Shown in pieces: positions 39,499 through 48,886 of a DNA stretch of 64,000 nucleotides. Source of the stretch: a virus. Position numbers and translations under genes: made by a program. The stretch spans positions 42,579 to 106,578 of the IMG/VR virus record IMGVR_UViG_3300047496_000172, one strand, 5' to 3'. Each line of letters opens with the position of its first letter. Positions within the stretch are counted from its first letter, which is position 1. The notes under the pieces are model-generated. The model was not told the DNA's origin and made no database searches. It saw only the letters and a list, made by a program, of their open reading frames with translations.

Positions 39499-39910
39499 AT
39501 CTTAATTTTTTCTCACGACTATAGGCGAGAGCCCGAGCCTGAATAGGATGGAATATTTCATCATTGTCTACAAACTTTAACCATCTTTCTCCTATATTAT
39601 CAAAAGATGGCATTTTATGTGTATCATAAGGCAATTTATACAAATATATACTGATTATGGTACAATAAATTCCTGTTTCCACAGAAAAATTATTAAGAAT
39701 AAAAGAACAGAAATTATCAGCTTGCTTCAGCCAATCATCTCGTTCTGGAGAATTATGGTATGTATTTACTGGAAGAAGCAATGAAGAAGCAAACAATATT
39801 TCCATAATCTCAATAGCAAGTTTTTCTTGCTGATCTACATTAAGATCAGAATAAATCGTTACTGTACCATCCAGAATTTCTTGAGGATTCAACTGATCTT
39901 TCCTTCGCAA
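39491..39910 (-). CDS. hypothetical protein
   Basis: ORF only. Confidence 0.55.
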   Translation of the reverse strand: MRRKDQLNPQEILDGTVTIYSDLNVDQQEKLAIEIMEILFASSLLLPVNTYHNSPERDDWLKQADNFCSFILNNFSVETGIYCTIISIYLYKLPYDTHKMPSFDNIGERWLKFVDNDEIFHPIQARALAYSREKKLRYD

Positions 39911-40104
39911 TTGTCGCCACGAGCAACGATTTGCTCTAAAGCTACGCGGTTATCCAAATAGGAACCAAGGGAAGAGTGTTTTTCACAACCCCATCCTTTT
40001 GCTCCCATGGTGATGTATCGGCAACATAACGCACCCTGGCCAATCTTGCAAATTTCTTTTACCCATTTTTCGTCTTGAAAATTCATGTCATCCTGGCCGA
40101 TCAT
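39889..40104 (-). CDS. Cys-rich hypothetical phage protein
   Basis: CKIGQG..CCRY..C.K..ARGDNCEG. Confidence 0.65.
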   Translation of the reverse strand: MIGQDDMNFQDEKWVKEICKIGQGALCCRYITMGAKGWGCEKHSSLGSYLDNRVALEQIVARGDNCEGKIS

Positions 40105-40114
40105 TTATTTTTTC

Positions 40115-40378
40115 TTAGTTTCTTGAACGAACCAATATATATTCAGCAAATTGCAGGAATTTCAACACTTCCTTTACCGCAAGATAGTTGATGAAAGTAT
40201 CTTGAACTTTTGCAATTGCTCTGATAGCTTCAAAAGTATTTTTTGATTTATCATTCGCGATAGAATCGAAATATTCATCAAATCTCGTCGTCCACTCGGC
40301 ATATTCCGCAGATTTATGGAACGCACTGGCTCCATACTTTTCATGAATTACAATAATATCTTCCAGCAAATCATTCAT
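40115..40378 (-). CDS. hypothetical protein
   Basis: ORF only. Confidence 0.55.
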   Translation of the reverse strand: MNDLLEDIIVIHEKYGASAFHKSAEYAEWTTRFDEYFDSIANDKSKNTFEAIRAIAKVQDTFINYLAVKEVLKFLQFAEYILVRSRN

Positions 40379-40482
40379 AGTTTTTTACCTTTACCTTACA
40401 GATGGGCGCCAAGAAGTCGAGAAACACAAAATATAAACCATCCCAACGAAAACCAGCGCGCTTATGATAAACAACAAATTTA

Positions 40483-40866
40483 TCATGACCAGTAAAATAT
40501 CCATGTGCGGAAGTTTGGCTGTTCCGCTGGTTCAAATGTGAGCGTCGGCAGATCGTTATCGTCTATGTCCGCTACCGGGCACATGGCAATAGCAAGGCCC
40601 TTGGCACAAAGGGCCTGATAGCCGCCCTCACCTTCAGCGTAAATCGGCTCACCGTATTCATTAATCCCGACGTGCTCGGGCTCGATCCATCTACGCTTGC
40701 CAATATTCCACCCCAATTCCTCGGTTGCGTTCTTGAGATCGTCGATATCGACGAGAACGCGACAAACGCCGTCGTTGAGCACGCAGAGATCGTTGATATC
40801 GACGATCACGCCGTCGTTGATGGCGACGAGATCGCGCTCGGCGAAAAGGGAGTTTGTCTTATCCAT
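40483..40866 (-). CDS. hypothetical acidic protein (GC-richer than surroundings)
   Basis: SD AAGGAG; ORF. Confidence 0.65.
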   Translation of the reverse strand: MDKTNSLFAERDLVAINDGVIVDINDLCVLNDGVCRVLVDIDDLKNATEELGWNIGKRRWIEPEHVGINEYGEPIYAEGEGGYQALCAKGLAIAMCPVADIDDNDLPTLTFEPAEQPNFRTWIFYWS

Positions 40867-41119
40867 TTGATGTCTCCTTCGAAGAAATATTAGTCATGGC
40901 AAACGATTCTGTGCAGTCTTCCAATAATATGATGGCGATAGCCATAGTCTTGAAAGCATTCTCGACATTATTCGAGATACGCATCAATCGGTTGGCTAAA
41001 TCCTTGTTGCCAGTGATGTCAAAGGCATAGGACAGTTCCGCGAGTTCGGACGCCGACCACGCAAGAGAAGCCCTCGCACATTTGGATGCTTCTAAATTCT
41101 CGTCTACATGCTTACTCAT
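40859..41119 (-). CDS. hypothetical protein
   Basis: SD AGGAG; ORF. Confidence 0.6.
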   Translation of the reverse strand: MSKHVDENLEASKCARASLAWSASELAELSYAFDITGNKDLANRLMRISNNVENAFKTMAIAIILLEDCTESFAMTNISSKETSNG

Positions 41120-41186
41120 CTAAATCTCCTACAATATGTTATCACAATCATCTCACAATAAAAATGTTTGTCAAGCTAAATATCGT

Positions 41187-41285
41187 ATGCGTTTTTCGGA
41201 AATTATCACTGAAGTTTCAATCAAAGCAGCCAAGGATGCTGTAGACGTTGGTGTAAATATCTTCCTCAATCTGAAGAAGAATTAG
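41187..41285 (+). pseudogene. truncated late gene with MRFSEIITE leader
   Basis: GCTAAATA-N4-ATG; only 32 codons. Confidence 0.4.
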
Positions 41286-41342
41286 AAGCATTTTACTGGT
41301 TAGCTAAAGGCAGAAATACTTAGTGCCAAATACTTGAAAATT

Positions 41343-41531
41343 TCATACTGCCTTGTGTTCCAATGGTACATAAGCATATATTTTTTTGAATTCTTCTATA
41401 ACCAAACTCAAAGCATACTGATGAATACCACCAATAGAATCAGCTTCATCTTTTCTTAAAAGTTCCTGGCAACGTTTAAGAACAGCGATCTTCTCTTCAT
41501 ACGTTACTGGATACATCAAAGTGTTTCTCAT
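41343..41531 (-). CDS. hypothetical protein
   Basis: ORF only. Confidence 0.5.
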   Translation of the reverse strand: MRNTLMYPVTYEEKIAVLKRCQELLRKDEADSIGGIHQYALSLVIEEFKKIYAYVPLEHKAV

Positions 41532-41863
41532 TTTTTAAGACCGTTCCCGAGAATAGATTTTAATAGATTGCTGTAAGAACGACAAATAATAGCTGATTCA
41601 TGTAGTTCTCTAATTTTTTTATTAATTATCTGCCTAGATGTCGCAACTGGTTTTTCTGCTTCTTTTTTGACATCATCTGAAGCAGCATCAAAATGATCGC
41701 GTATAATATTTTCAAAATTTTTGTTTGTCGTATTAATTAAATTATGCAATTGATCTAATTCGCTATAAATTTCCGGAAAAAACCCCAATTCATCATCGTC
41801 ATATTCTTCGGCATCATATTCTTCGGCATCATCACGTCGAATTTTTTTATATTCGTCTCTCAT
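41528..41863 (-). CDS. hypothetical protein with DAEEY duplication
   Basis: 15-bp in-frame repeat near 41800..41830. Confidence 0.55.
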   Translation of the reverse strand: MRDEYKKIRRDDAEEYDAEEYDDDELGFFPEIYSELDQLHNLINTTNKNFENIIRDHFDAASDDVKKEAEKPVATSRQIINKKIRELHESAIICRSYSNLLKSILGNGLKK

Positions 41864-41870
41864 TTTTTCC

Positions 41871-42212
41871 TTAATAAAATTTCAATGTCTTAGTTTTTAT
41901 ACCTATTTTAGCAATTACTTCATTTTCTTTGCTGAATAATTCGGCTCCATATGAATCATTTTTATATGTATCAACATATAAAATTAATCCATCAAATAAA
42001 CCAATACCACGAATGCCCTCATCTTTTTCTATTATAACATTCATATTTGTTATAATGTCCTCTCTAACAAATAACATACAACTGGGAAAACAGCCGCATT
42101 GAATTATGGTGAGACCTGTTGGAGATACCGTTAAATGATCCGGAGAATATTCTTTAATCCAAACTAAAATGCTTAAGTATATCACAACTAGATATAGCAG
42201 TATCATCAACAA
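41871..42212 (-). CDS. hypothetical protein with N-terminal TM segment
   Basis: Hydrophobic N-terminus. Confidence 0.45.
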   Translation of the reverse strand: MLMILLYLVVIYLSILVWIKEYSPDHLTVSPTGLTIIQCGCFPSCMLFVREDIITNMNVIIEKDEGIRGIGLFDGLILYVDTYKNDSYGAELFSKENEVIAKIGIKTKTLKFY

Positions 42213-42312
42213 CTAATGATTGATCCCAAATTGCATTTATATTTACAAGCTCGTTTATTGGCTTCTGACCAATTAGAAGAATCAAGATCAATATTACAGC
42301 GATTACAAAACA

Positions 42313-43296
42313 TTATTTCGTCTTTTTCTTTTTTGGTTCCACTTTTAATACCGGAGCCGAAGAAACTGGCTCTGACGCAATAACTGGGGCAAGTGGTGCT
42401 ACAGATGTAGGAGGAACTACCGCTTGTGGCAATGGACCATCTTGCCTTGTGTATCTGTAATTAAGCATTTTCTGGAAGTCTCCTTGGAATTGATGTGATC
42501 CTTGATGCGTAAGTTTAGATTCGGCATCTACAAATACTTTTCCACCTAAACGTTGATATAGACGCCCAAAGCTGTAGTCCTCAGAAAGGTAGCGACCTTC
42601 TTCATCAATCATCGTGTCAAAAAAGTTGTAATAACAGTCATCGATCTGGTCAGCTAACTTTTCGAGACCAATTTGGCGGTCAGGTTTATACTTAAGTTCT
42701 GGATACGCTGCAATCATCTTAGTAAATACTTCGCGCTTAATTAACATCAATCCAGTAGGAGCGTCCTTAACTTCTACGAAGCCATTTTCAACCTTGAAAG
42801 TATTACCAACCGGATTAAATGGATAGGTTGTATAACGAAGGAACAATTCTTCTTTCGATTGTGCTGGAATCTCGTCTGGAAAAGTGAAAGCTTTCAGTGG
42901 ATAAACACCAGCGGCAATATCATGACCACTATAAAGCAGACGATAGATAGCTTCAGGCGAGAAGCCAATATCGGCATCGATCCACATCAAATGCGTGTAA
43001 GCAGGTTGTGACAAAAATTCAGCAACAATAGAATTACGAGAACGAGTGATCAAGCTATCACCACCACGAACAATGAAAGACAGGTCCATATCCTTACGGC
43101 GTTCAACTGTATATATGAAGTTAATCAGACTTAGTAGATAATTTTGAAATACTTGGCCGCCATAGCAAGGCGTGGCGATACATAAATGAACTGGACGAGG
43201 TGCGTGTGGTGCTTGCCCAACAGCGAGAGGTTGTTCAGAAGGTTGAGCTAATAGAGAACCGGTCAGGGCGCCGGGTAAATTCAATTTTACGTTCAT
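42313..43296 (-). CDS. GT-A-fold glycosyltransferase-like protein
   Basis: IATPCYGG, SLITRSRN, WIDADI, TGLMLIKR, YLSEDY. Confidence 0.8.
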   Translation of the reverse strand: MNVKLNLPGALTGSLLAQPSEQPLAVGQAPHAPRPVHLCIATPCYGGQVFQNYLLSLINFIYTVERRKDMDLSFIVRGGDSLITRSRNSIVAEFLSQPAYTHLMWIDADIGFSPEAIYRLLYSGHDIAAGVYPLKAFTFPDEIPAQSKEELFLRYTTYPFNPVGNTFKVENGFVEVKDAPTGLMLIKREVFTKMIAAYPELKYKPDRQIGLEKLADQIDDCYYNFFDTMIDEEGRYLSEDYSFGRLYQRLGGKVFVDAESKLTHQGSHQFQGDFQKMLNYRYTRQDGPLPQAVVPPTSVAPLAPVIASEPVSSAPVLKVEPKKKKTK

Positions 43297-43389
43297 ATTA
43301 TCCTAATGAGAAAATTATAGACTATGATTACTATAATTTTTTCAATTAAACAATATTTATTTTTCAATTCTAGCTTCGCCCCTTAATCA

Positions 43390-43704
43390 TTAATCAAATC
43401 GGCCTTGGGTCCAAATTCGTCTCATGACACCTTGAGAAATCAGCCATTCAATATTACTCCAAATTGTAATTTCACCATTCTTTCCACGAATGCGTAGATT
43501 GCCTTCCGTAGTAATTCTCTGATAAGGCATCTCATTCGTTCTTCCTACAACTTCAAGGATATCGCCTCCTTCATATTGTTCATTACCTAAAGTGCTGAAT
43601 GATTGTAGAACAATAATCTTATCACCAGCATCCAGTTGAGGGGATGGAGCCGGGAAAATCTCTGAAAAACTAGTTACATTATTTCCAATATGAAAAACTC
43701 GCAT
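43390..43704 (-). CDS. hypothetical protein
   Basis: SD AGGAG; ORF. Confidence 0.6.
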   Translation of the reverse strand: MRVFHIGNNVTSFSEIFPAPSPQLDAGDKIIVLQSFSTLGNEQYEGGDILEVVGRTNEMPYQRITTEGNLRIRGKNGEITIWSNIEWLISQGVMRRIWTQGRFD

Positions 43705-43774
43705 GATAATATCTCCTATGTTTCATTATATACTAATTGATTTTTGCAATAAGTCAATAGGGATAAATAATAAA

Positions 43775-44314
43775 ATGCGTAATTGGATTAATATTGTTGA
43801 AACTTTTGGGACAACTAATTTTCTATATCACGGAACGTCTATTGACAATCTCTGGAAGATAATAAATGATAATGCATTAAAAGGTGATAGCGAAGCATTG
43901 GGTAGATCAGATGGTAATGGTATTGGACCAAGCTTAACGCGATCATATAAAGTTGCTAAATTATTCGCGTATAATCAAGAAGATGATTTTAAGGATTATT
44001 TTACAGTAAATTATAATTTACATGGTGCTGTATTAATATTTGATAGAAAATTATTAGATAAAAATTTCAACGTTATTTCAATAGACAATGAAGATGAGGA
44101 AGATGAGGAAGAAGAGAGAATTATTGGAAGCATCACTCCATTGAAACCTTATCTAGTATCAATCAATTTGAACGTGTCTGATATTAAAAAATATACTAGA
44201 ACAATATACAAATATAGAAAATCAGGTATGGCAGAGACATACGAATATCCACCAGAATGGGATAAAGCTATGTTGAATTTATCTAAAAACAACCTAATAA
44301 ATCGAATAAAGTAA
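43775..44314 (+). CDS. ADP-ribosyltransferase-fold protein, paralog of 26385..26900
   Basis: MRNWINIVE leader, LYHGT, GPSLTR, EEEER.IG.I.PL..YL. Confidence 0.6.
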   Translation: MRNWINIVETFGTTNFLYHGTSIDNLWKIINDNALKGDSEALGRSDGNGIGPSLTRSYKVAKLFAYNQEDDFKDYFTVNYNLHGAVLIFDRKLLDKNFNVISIDNEDEEDEEEERIIGSITPLKPYLVSINLNVSDIKKYTRTIYKYRKSGMAETYEYPPEWDKAMLNLSKNNLINRIK

Positions 44315-44926
44315 ATGGAAGCACAAACTTTAACTTTTAGACAGAATTCTTCTTTGGTAAAACAAAGATCAGAAAGTGATTGGTTTGTAAATTCGTATCG
44401 TCTTGACCTTTCGAGCGATCCAAACTTTCTTCATCTTCCAAATGGAAATACCGCTCAACGTGGGACCACCACCAGTGGAAGAATTCGCTTTAATATCGAT
44501 CTCCAATGTTTCGAAGTTACCAAATCTGATCAATGGAATGAAATTATGGTCGCCGGTGTGTTAACATCATCCACCACTTATTTAAATTTACCATCCGGAA
44601 ATGCGGTCGGAATAGCTAATTCGCCCGCTGGATCAATCCGCTATGACACCGCCAATGGCACAATAGAAGCTACAAACAACGGCACATGGTGGGCTCCAGT
44701 AACACGCCAATATGAACAAACATTTTCCTATAATGATTTGTCAAACGGCACAATAATTCTTAGCCACAATCTAGGAAATCGGTTCTTGACAAGCGCAGTA
44801 TTTGATGAAATGAATAATCATGTCATTCCTGACAATTTAAATAGCGTGGATGCAAATACCGCGCTGTTGAGTGTCATATCGTTCGGAACGTTAGTAGACA
44901 ACTGGTCTATAATTCTATCCGGTTAA
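44315..44926 (+). CDS. virion structural protein (LPxGNTAQR..GxIRFN repeats)
   Basis: Repeat occurs twice here and at the N-terminus of 46356; HNLG motif. Confidence 0.65.
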   Translation: MEAQTLTFRQNSSLVKQRSESDWFVNSYRLDLSSDPNFLHLPNGNTAQRGTTTSGRIRFNIDLQCFEVTKSDQWNEIMVAGVLTSSTTYLNLPSGNAVGIANSPAGSIRYDTANGTIEATNNGTWWAPVTRQYEQTFSYNDLSNGTIILSHNLGNRFLTSAVFDEMNNHVIPDNLNSVDANTALLSVISFGTLVDNWSIILSG

Positions 44927-45058
44927 TAACCGATCAGTTGTTCTTGAATTTTCTTCCGACGCTCTCTGTTGCTCATTCCATTTTTCCGAATTATTTAGAC
45001 ATAGTAATAAAAAATAAGAGAAAGTCAAGAGATTTTAAAACCATAGATAAATACGGAT

Positions 45059-45586
45059 ATGCATATAGAAATTTCCAGTCTAGACACCGCTGAATTCATA
45101 GCTCCAAGAAAAACTCATGTTGTTAGTTTACTTGATCCTGGTACAAAAATACCTAAAGTTTCTGTTAATCATCATGTCGAGTTTTTTCATGATATTGAAG
45201 GGCCAATGGCCAATTTTTATCGGCCACAAGCTACTCATATAGCAAATATTTTAGAATTTATAAAAACATTTTCTGACAATGACAATATTTTGGTACATTG
45301 TCATGCTGGAGTTAGCAGAAGCACTGCTATATCAATTTTAATTTTTATTCAACATGGGATATCGATAGAAGATGCCTATGAGAAAGTATTTAGGGTTCGA
45401 AATTGCATGTGGCCAAATTCACGTATCATACAGCTTGGAGATGAATTGTTGAATTGTGAAGGAAAATTACTTGTCTATCACAAAAAATGGCAAGAAGACA
45501 ATAAGTTCGATTTGGGTAAATTTGCTCAAAAAACTAAAAAAGTTGAAGTAGACGCTATGAAAAATATTTTGGATTTGTTCCGTTAA
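45059..45586 (+). CDS. protein-tyrosine/dual-specificity phosphatase
   Basis: FHD loop; HCHAGVSRS. Confidence 0.9.
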   Translation: MHIEISSLDTAEFIAPRKTHVVSLLDPGTKIPKVSVNHHVEFFHDIEGPMANFYRPQATHIANILEFIKTFSDNDNILVHCHAGVSRSTAISILIFIQHGISIEDAYEKVFRVRNCMWPNSRIIQLGDELLNCEGKLLVYHKKWQEDNKFDLGKFAQKTKKVEVDAMKNILDLFR

Positions 45587-45828
45587 GAACGACACCCAAA
45601 ACATCTTTCATTATCGTCAAGTTCTTCAATTTTACACCAATATTCGCAGTCAGAACACTTCCAAACATGATTATCAATCCAACGAAACATGGGCGTTGTT
45701 AGAATCTTTCCCATTTCGTCCGCTACTTCTTCCGGATCATTACAAGTAGCTTCCAAACGATTGCAAACTTCCATTGCAATCGTTGCTTCTTCGGGTGTTA
45801 TTGGTAAAAGTTCAATTAATTGTTGCAT
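45583..45828 (-). CDS. small Zn-finger protein
   Basis: CSDC...CFGC. Confidence 0.55.
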   Translation of the reverse strand: MQQLIELLPITPEEATIAMEVCNRLEATCNDPEEVADEMGKILTTPMFRWIDNHVWKCSDCEYWCKIEELDDNERCFGCRS

Positions 45829-45896
45829 AATTACACCTATCGTTTTCTGGGATCATATGTGGTTCCGGTCATCTTGTGCGACCGCGCTCGTTCGCG

Positions 45897-45948
45897 TTAT
45901 GTTTCAGGATTATGTTTCAGGATTATGTTTCAGAATTATGTTTCAGGA
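45897..45948. repeat. 13-bp tandem repeat x4
   Basis: ttatgtttcag(g/a)a; copies the 3' end and stop of 45936..46121. Confidence 0.95.
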
Positions 45949-46121
45949 TTAATTTTATCCTGTTCGTGGGCATCGATTATTTCTTGAACGATATCTCTGG
46001 CATAATCCATGTGATCAGCCGCCGTATCTGTTCCATAGGGACCACAGTTCCCGCAATCATCGTTCTCACGATTAGCGATTTCTTCTGCCATCTTGAGAAT
46101 AATAGATTCTATTCTAGTCAT
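45936..46121 (-). CDS. hypothetical protein
   Basis: ORF only. Confidence 0.5.
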   Translation of the reverse strand: MTRIESIILKMAEEIANRENDDCGNCGPYGTDTAADHMDYARDIVQEIIDAHEQDKINPET

Positions 46122-46355
46122 TACTTGGATTCTTTGGACGATTCATCATCGAAGTCGCCACGGTTAACATGCTTGCGAACGCCACGATTGGCGGCAATGC
46201 GGCTGCTCTTCTTGGGGGCACCCCAAGTTCCACCAATACGGCGGCCGGTGAGCTTGATTTGACGGCTATTCATTGAATTATCTCCTTAAATCTCTTATGA
46301 ATTTATCCTACACTAAACCAAAAAATTGTCAATTCGTTTTTCCATAAATAGTTGA

Positions 46356-48149
46356 ATGAGACATGGAAGCATAGAACTCTACGGACCATTAATCCAACAA
46401 ACACCAGAAGGTATTCAAGTTGGTAGCGGAAATACTGCTACTAGACCAGAAAATGCTAACAATGGTGTGATCCGTTTTAATAACGATCTCCAAAGTCTGG
46501 AAACCGTTGTCGATGGTGTATGGCTTAATGTCGGGGGAGGCGGCTCAAATGGTGGGGCTAATACCGAAATATTAGCCATTGCTATCGCTTACACCAACAC
46601 TGCCGTCAATGCAGCAATAATCACTTCTGAACATTATACCGATAATGCATTCGCAAATTCTATCACATATTCAAATACTATATTGCTATCTGCAAATAAT
46701 TATACAAATACTCAGATAAGTAGTGGCTTGGCTATGTCTCAGGCTTACACTAATTCTCAGGTAACTTATGCGATTACGACTTCTGAAAATTATACGAATA
46801 GTGTTTTAGCTAATGTAACTGGTCATTTAACTGTTGCGAATAATGGTTCAAATGTAACGACTGCGACCACAACTTTGAATTTTACTGGTAATGGTGTAAC
46901 GGTTTCAAATGTTGGTGGTGTGGCTACTGTTAATATTATTAGAGGTTCGTCTGGTGGTTCCGCTTTAACAGTAGCAAGTAATAGTAATGTTGTGAGTAAT
47001 GCGGCAACCTATCTCAATTTTAGTGACAAATTCAATGTAAATCAATCCAATAGTATAATAAACATAGACTTGGCTAATTCTACGGGAGGTTCTTTCTACA
47101 ATACATCCAAAAATGGTATACCACCATTTTCTGATTTTACTTCATATAATCCCGGCGGCACTGCTACTATAACACATGTAGAAGGAAAAGCTGTTGAGCT
47201 TTATATGTCTGGAGCCTCACAAGATAATATATATTTTTACAAAAATGCACCAAGCACTCCATATAGAATAGTATCTAGACTTGATGTAAATTATTTACCT
47301 TTTAGAAGTGTTCAGTTCAATACATTTGGTATTGGTTGGTATAATACTTCTAGTGGAGCAATTGGTTTTGTTGGTAAATGTGCGGCACAAGGTGGTGATA
47401 ATCATACATCATTAGTTGTAAGAGATTCAACATACTGGAATTTTATTAACAATTCAGAATTTTCTTTTCAAGGACCAGTATATTTTGCTATTGAGGATGA
47501 TGGAACTACCATATACTACCAATATAGCATTAACAGTCTCACATGGATAACTTTATATAGTGTGGCAAAATCTTCGGGGGGTGTTGGTGATTATACTCAT
47601 CCATTTATATATGTTTCTGCTTACGAAGAAATGTCTCTTATTTTGTCTCTATGGGACGAAAATGGTCTCACAAGAGGTATTAATGATGTGATTGATACTG
47701 CTGGTGGTAGTGGCGGAAGTGGTTCTGTTACAAATGTTGCCTTAACATCAAATACTTTATCGATATCAGGTAGTCCAATTACCAGTTCTGGTGTAATTGA
47801 TGTAGAATTACAAAATAGCGGAGTAACACCTGGATCATATAATCATTTTACAGTTAATAAATATGGATTGATAACCAATGCTTCAACAAGTAATTCTGCC
47901 GCCTCTCTGATTATCAAACATAATAATACAGTGGTATCTAATGCCGCTGTGAGTCTAAATTTTACTGGAAATGGTGTTTCCGTTTCAGACGATGGTCTTG
48001 GAAATTCTACCATAACGATCAATTCATCTACAAGTAATTCTACAAGTAATGCATCAGCAACATGGATTCCATTGGTAACCGGAGCCGATCCACCAGTATT
48101 GGTTTCAGATGGTGATGGACATTTGATAATCATCGCATTTAATCCTTGA
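46356..48149 (+). CDS. tail-fibre-like protein
   Basis: YTN repeats, LNFTGNGV repeats, GSVTNV..SGSPITSSG, GVTPGSY..TVNKYGLIT; late promoter. Confidence 0.75.
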   Translation: MRHGSIELYGPLIQQTPEGIQVGSGNTATRPENANNGVIRFNNDLQSLETVVDGVWLNVGGGGSNGGANTEILAIAIAYTNTAVNAAIITSEHYTDNAFANSITYSNTILLSANNYTNTQISSGLAMSQAYTNSQVTYAITTSENYTNSVLANVTGHLTVANNGSNVTTATTTLNFTGNGVTVSNVGGVATVNIIRGSSGGSALTVASNSNVVSNAATYLNFSDKFNVNQSNSIINIDLANSTGGSFYNTSKNGIPPFSDFTSYNPGGTATITHVEGKAVELYMSGASQDNIYFYKNAPSTPYRIVSRLDVNYLPFRSVQFNTFGIGWYNTSSGAIGFVGKCAAQGGDNHTSLVVRDSTYWNFINNSEFSFQGPVYFAIEDDGTTIYYQYSINSLTWITLYSVAKSSGGVGDYTHPFIYVSAYEEMSLILSLWDENGLTRGINDVIDTAGGSGGSGSVTNVALTSNTLSISGSPITSSGVIDVELQNSGVTPGSYNHFTVNKYGLITNASTSNSAASLIIKHNNTVVSNAAVSLNFTGNGVSVSDDGLGNSTITINSSTSNSTSNASATWIPLVTGADPPVLVSDGDGHLIIIAFNP

Positions 48150-48161
48150 TAAATATAGTTT

Positions 48162-48884
48162 ATGAGTATAACGACGATAAACAATATTGTTTCGAGTGGA
48201 TTACTAGCTGATAGACCAACTTCTCCTTCGCTGGTAGCTCCATCAACAGGTTCTAAACCATCTGTATTCTATTTGGCAACGGATGTTCCGGCTGCGTATG
48301 CTTGGGATTTTACGAACGCTGTTTGGATACTTATAGGAAGTAAAAAAGTGCCTTTACTATCCAATTTTACAATTGGTAATCAACCTGCTGGTAGCACTTT
48401 TTCTGATACTTCTACGGGAATTGTGATGCAAGGACCATCACAAAGTTTGGTATTGCAAGCTTTAGAATATAATACTGCGTTAACTTCTACATCTTTTACT
48501 ATAATTGCCCATGTATTACCTGCATTTGGAACTGGTAATAGCGGAGCCGGTATATTTGTTCGGGATGCCTCAGGTAAAGTCGTTCAGTGGGGAACAAGTC
48601 CACCCGCTGCATCAGGGCAACTTGAAAATCTCAATTATTGGAATACATATACAAGTTTTAACAGCAATCCTGTAAATTTTACTGGTGCAGCACAATATTG
48701 GATAAAAATGACATCTGATGGCACTACTTTTAGCTTCTATAATGGAACAGATATGAATGCTATGGCTTTACGAACAACCGCTTCCGCAACAGCTTTTATT
48801 GGAACACCCACGAAAGTTGGCATATATCAATATCTTTATACTGAAGGTTTAACAACCGCATTTCCTTATTTTAGTTTGGCATAA
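48162..48884 (+). CDS. tail-fibre/receptor-binding-like protein
   Basis: G..ADRP..P..FYLATD N-terminus; lectin-like C-terminal domain. Confidence 0.65.
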   Translation: MSITTINNIVSSGLLADRPTSPSLVAPSTGSKPSVFYLATDVPAAYAWDFTNAVWILIGSKKVPLLSNFTIGNQPAGSTFSDTSTGIVMQGPSQSLVLQALEYNTALTSTSFTIIAHVLPAFGTGNSGAGIFVRDASGKVVQWGTSPPAASGQLENLNYWNTYTSFNSNPVNFTGAAQYWIKMTSDGTTFSFYNGTDMNAMALRTTASATAFIGTPTKVGIYQYLYTEGLTTAFPYFSLA

Positions 48885-48886
48885 TT

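Noticed and set aside
45897-45948. CRISPR array
   Set aside because: 13-bp units with no spacers
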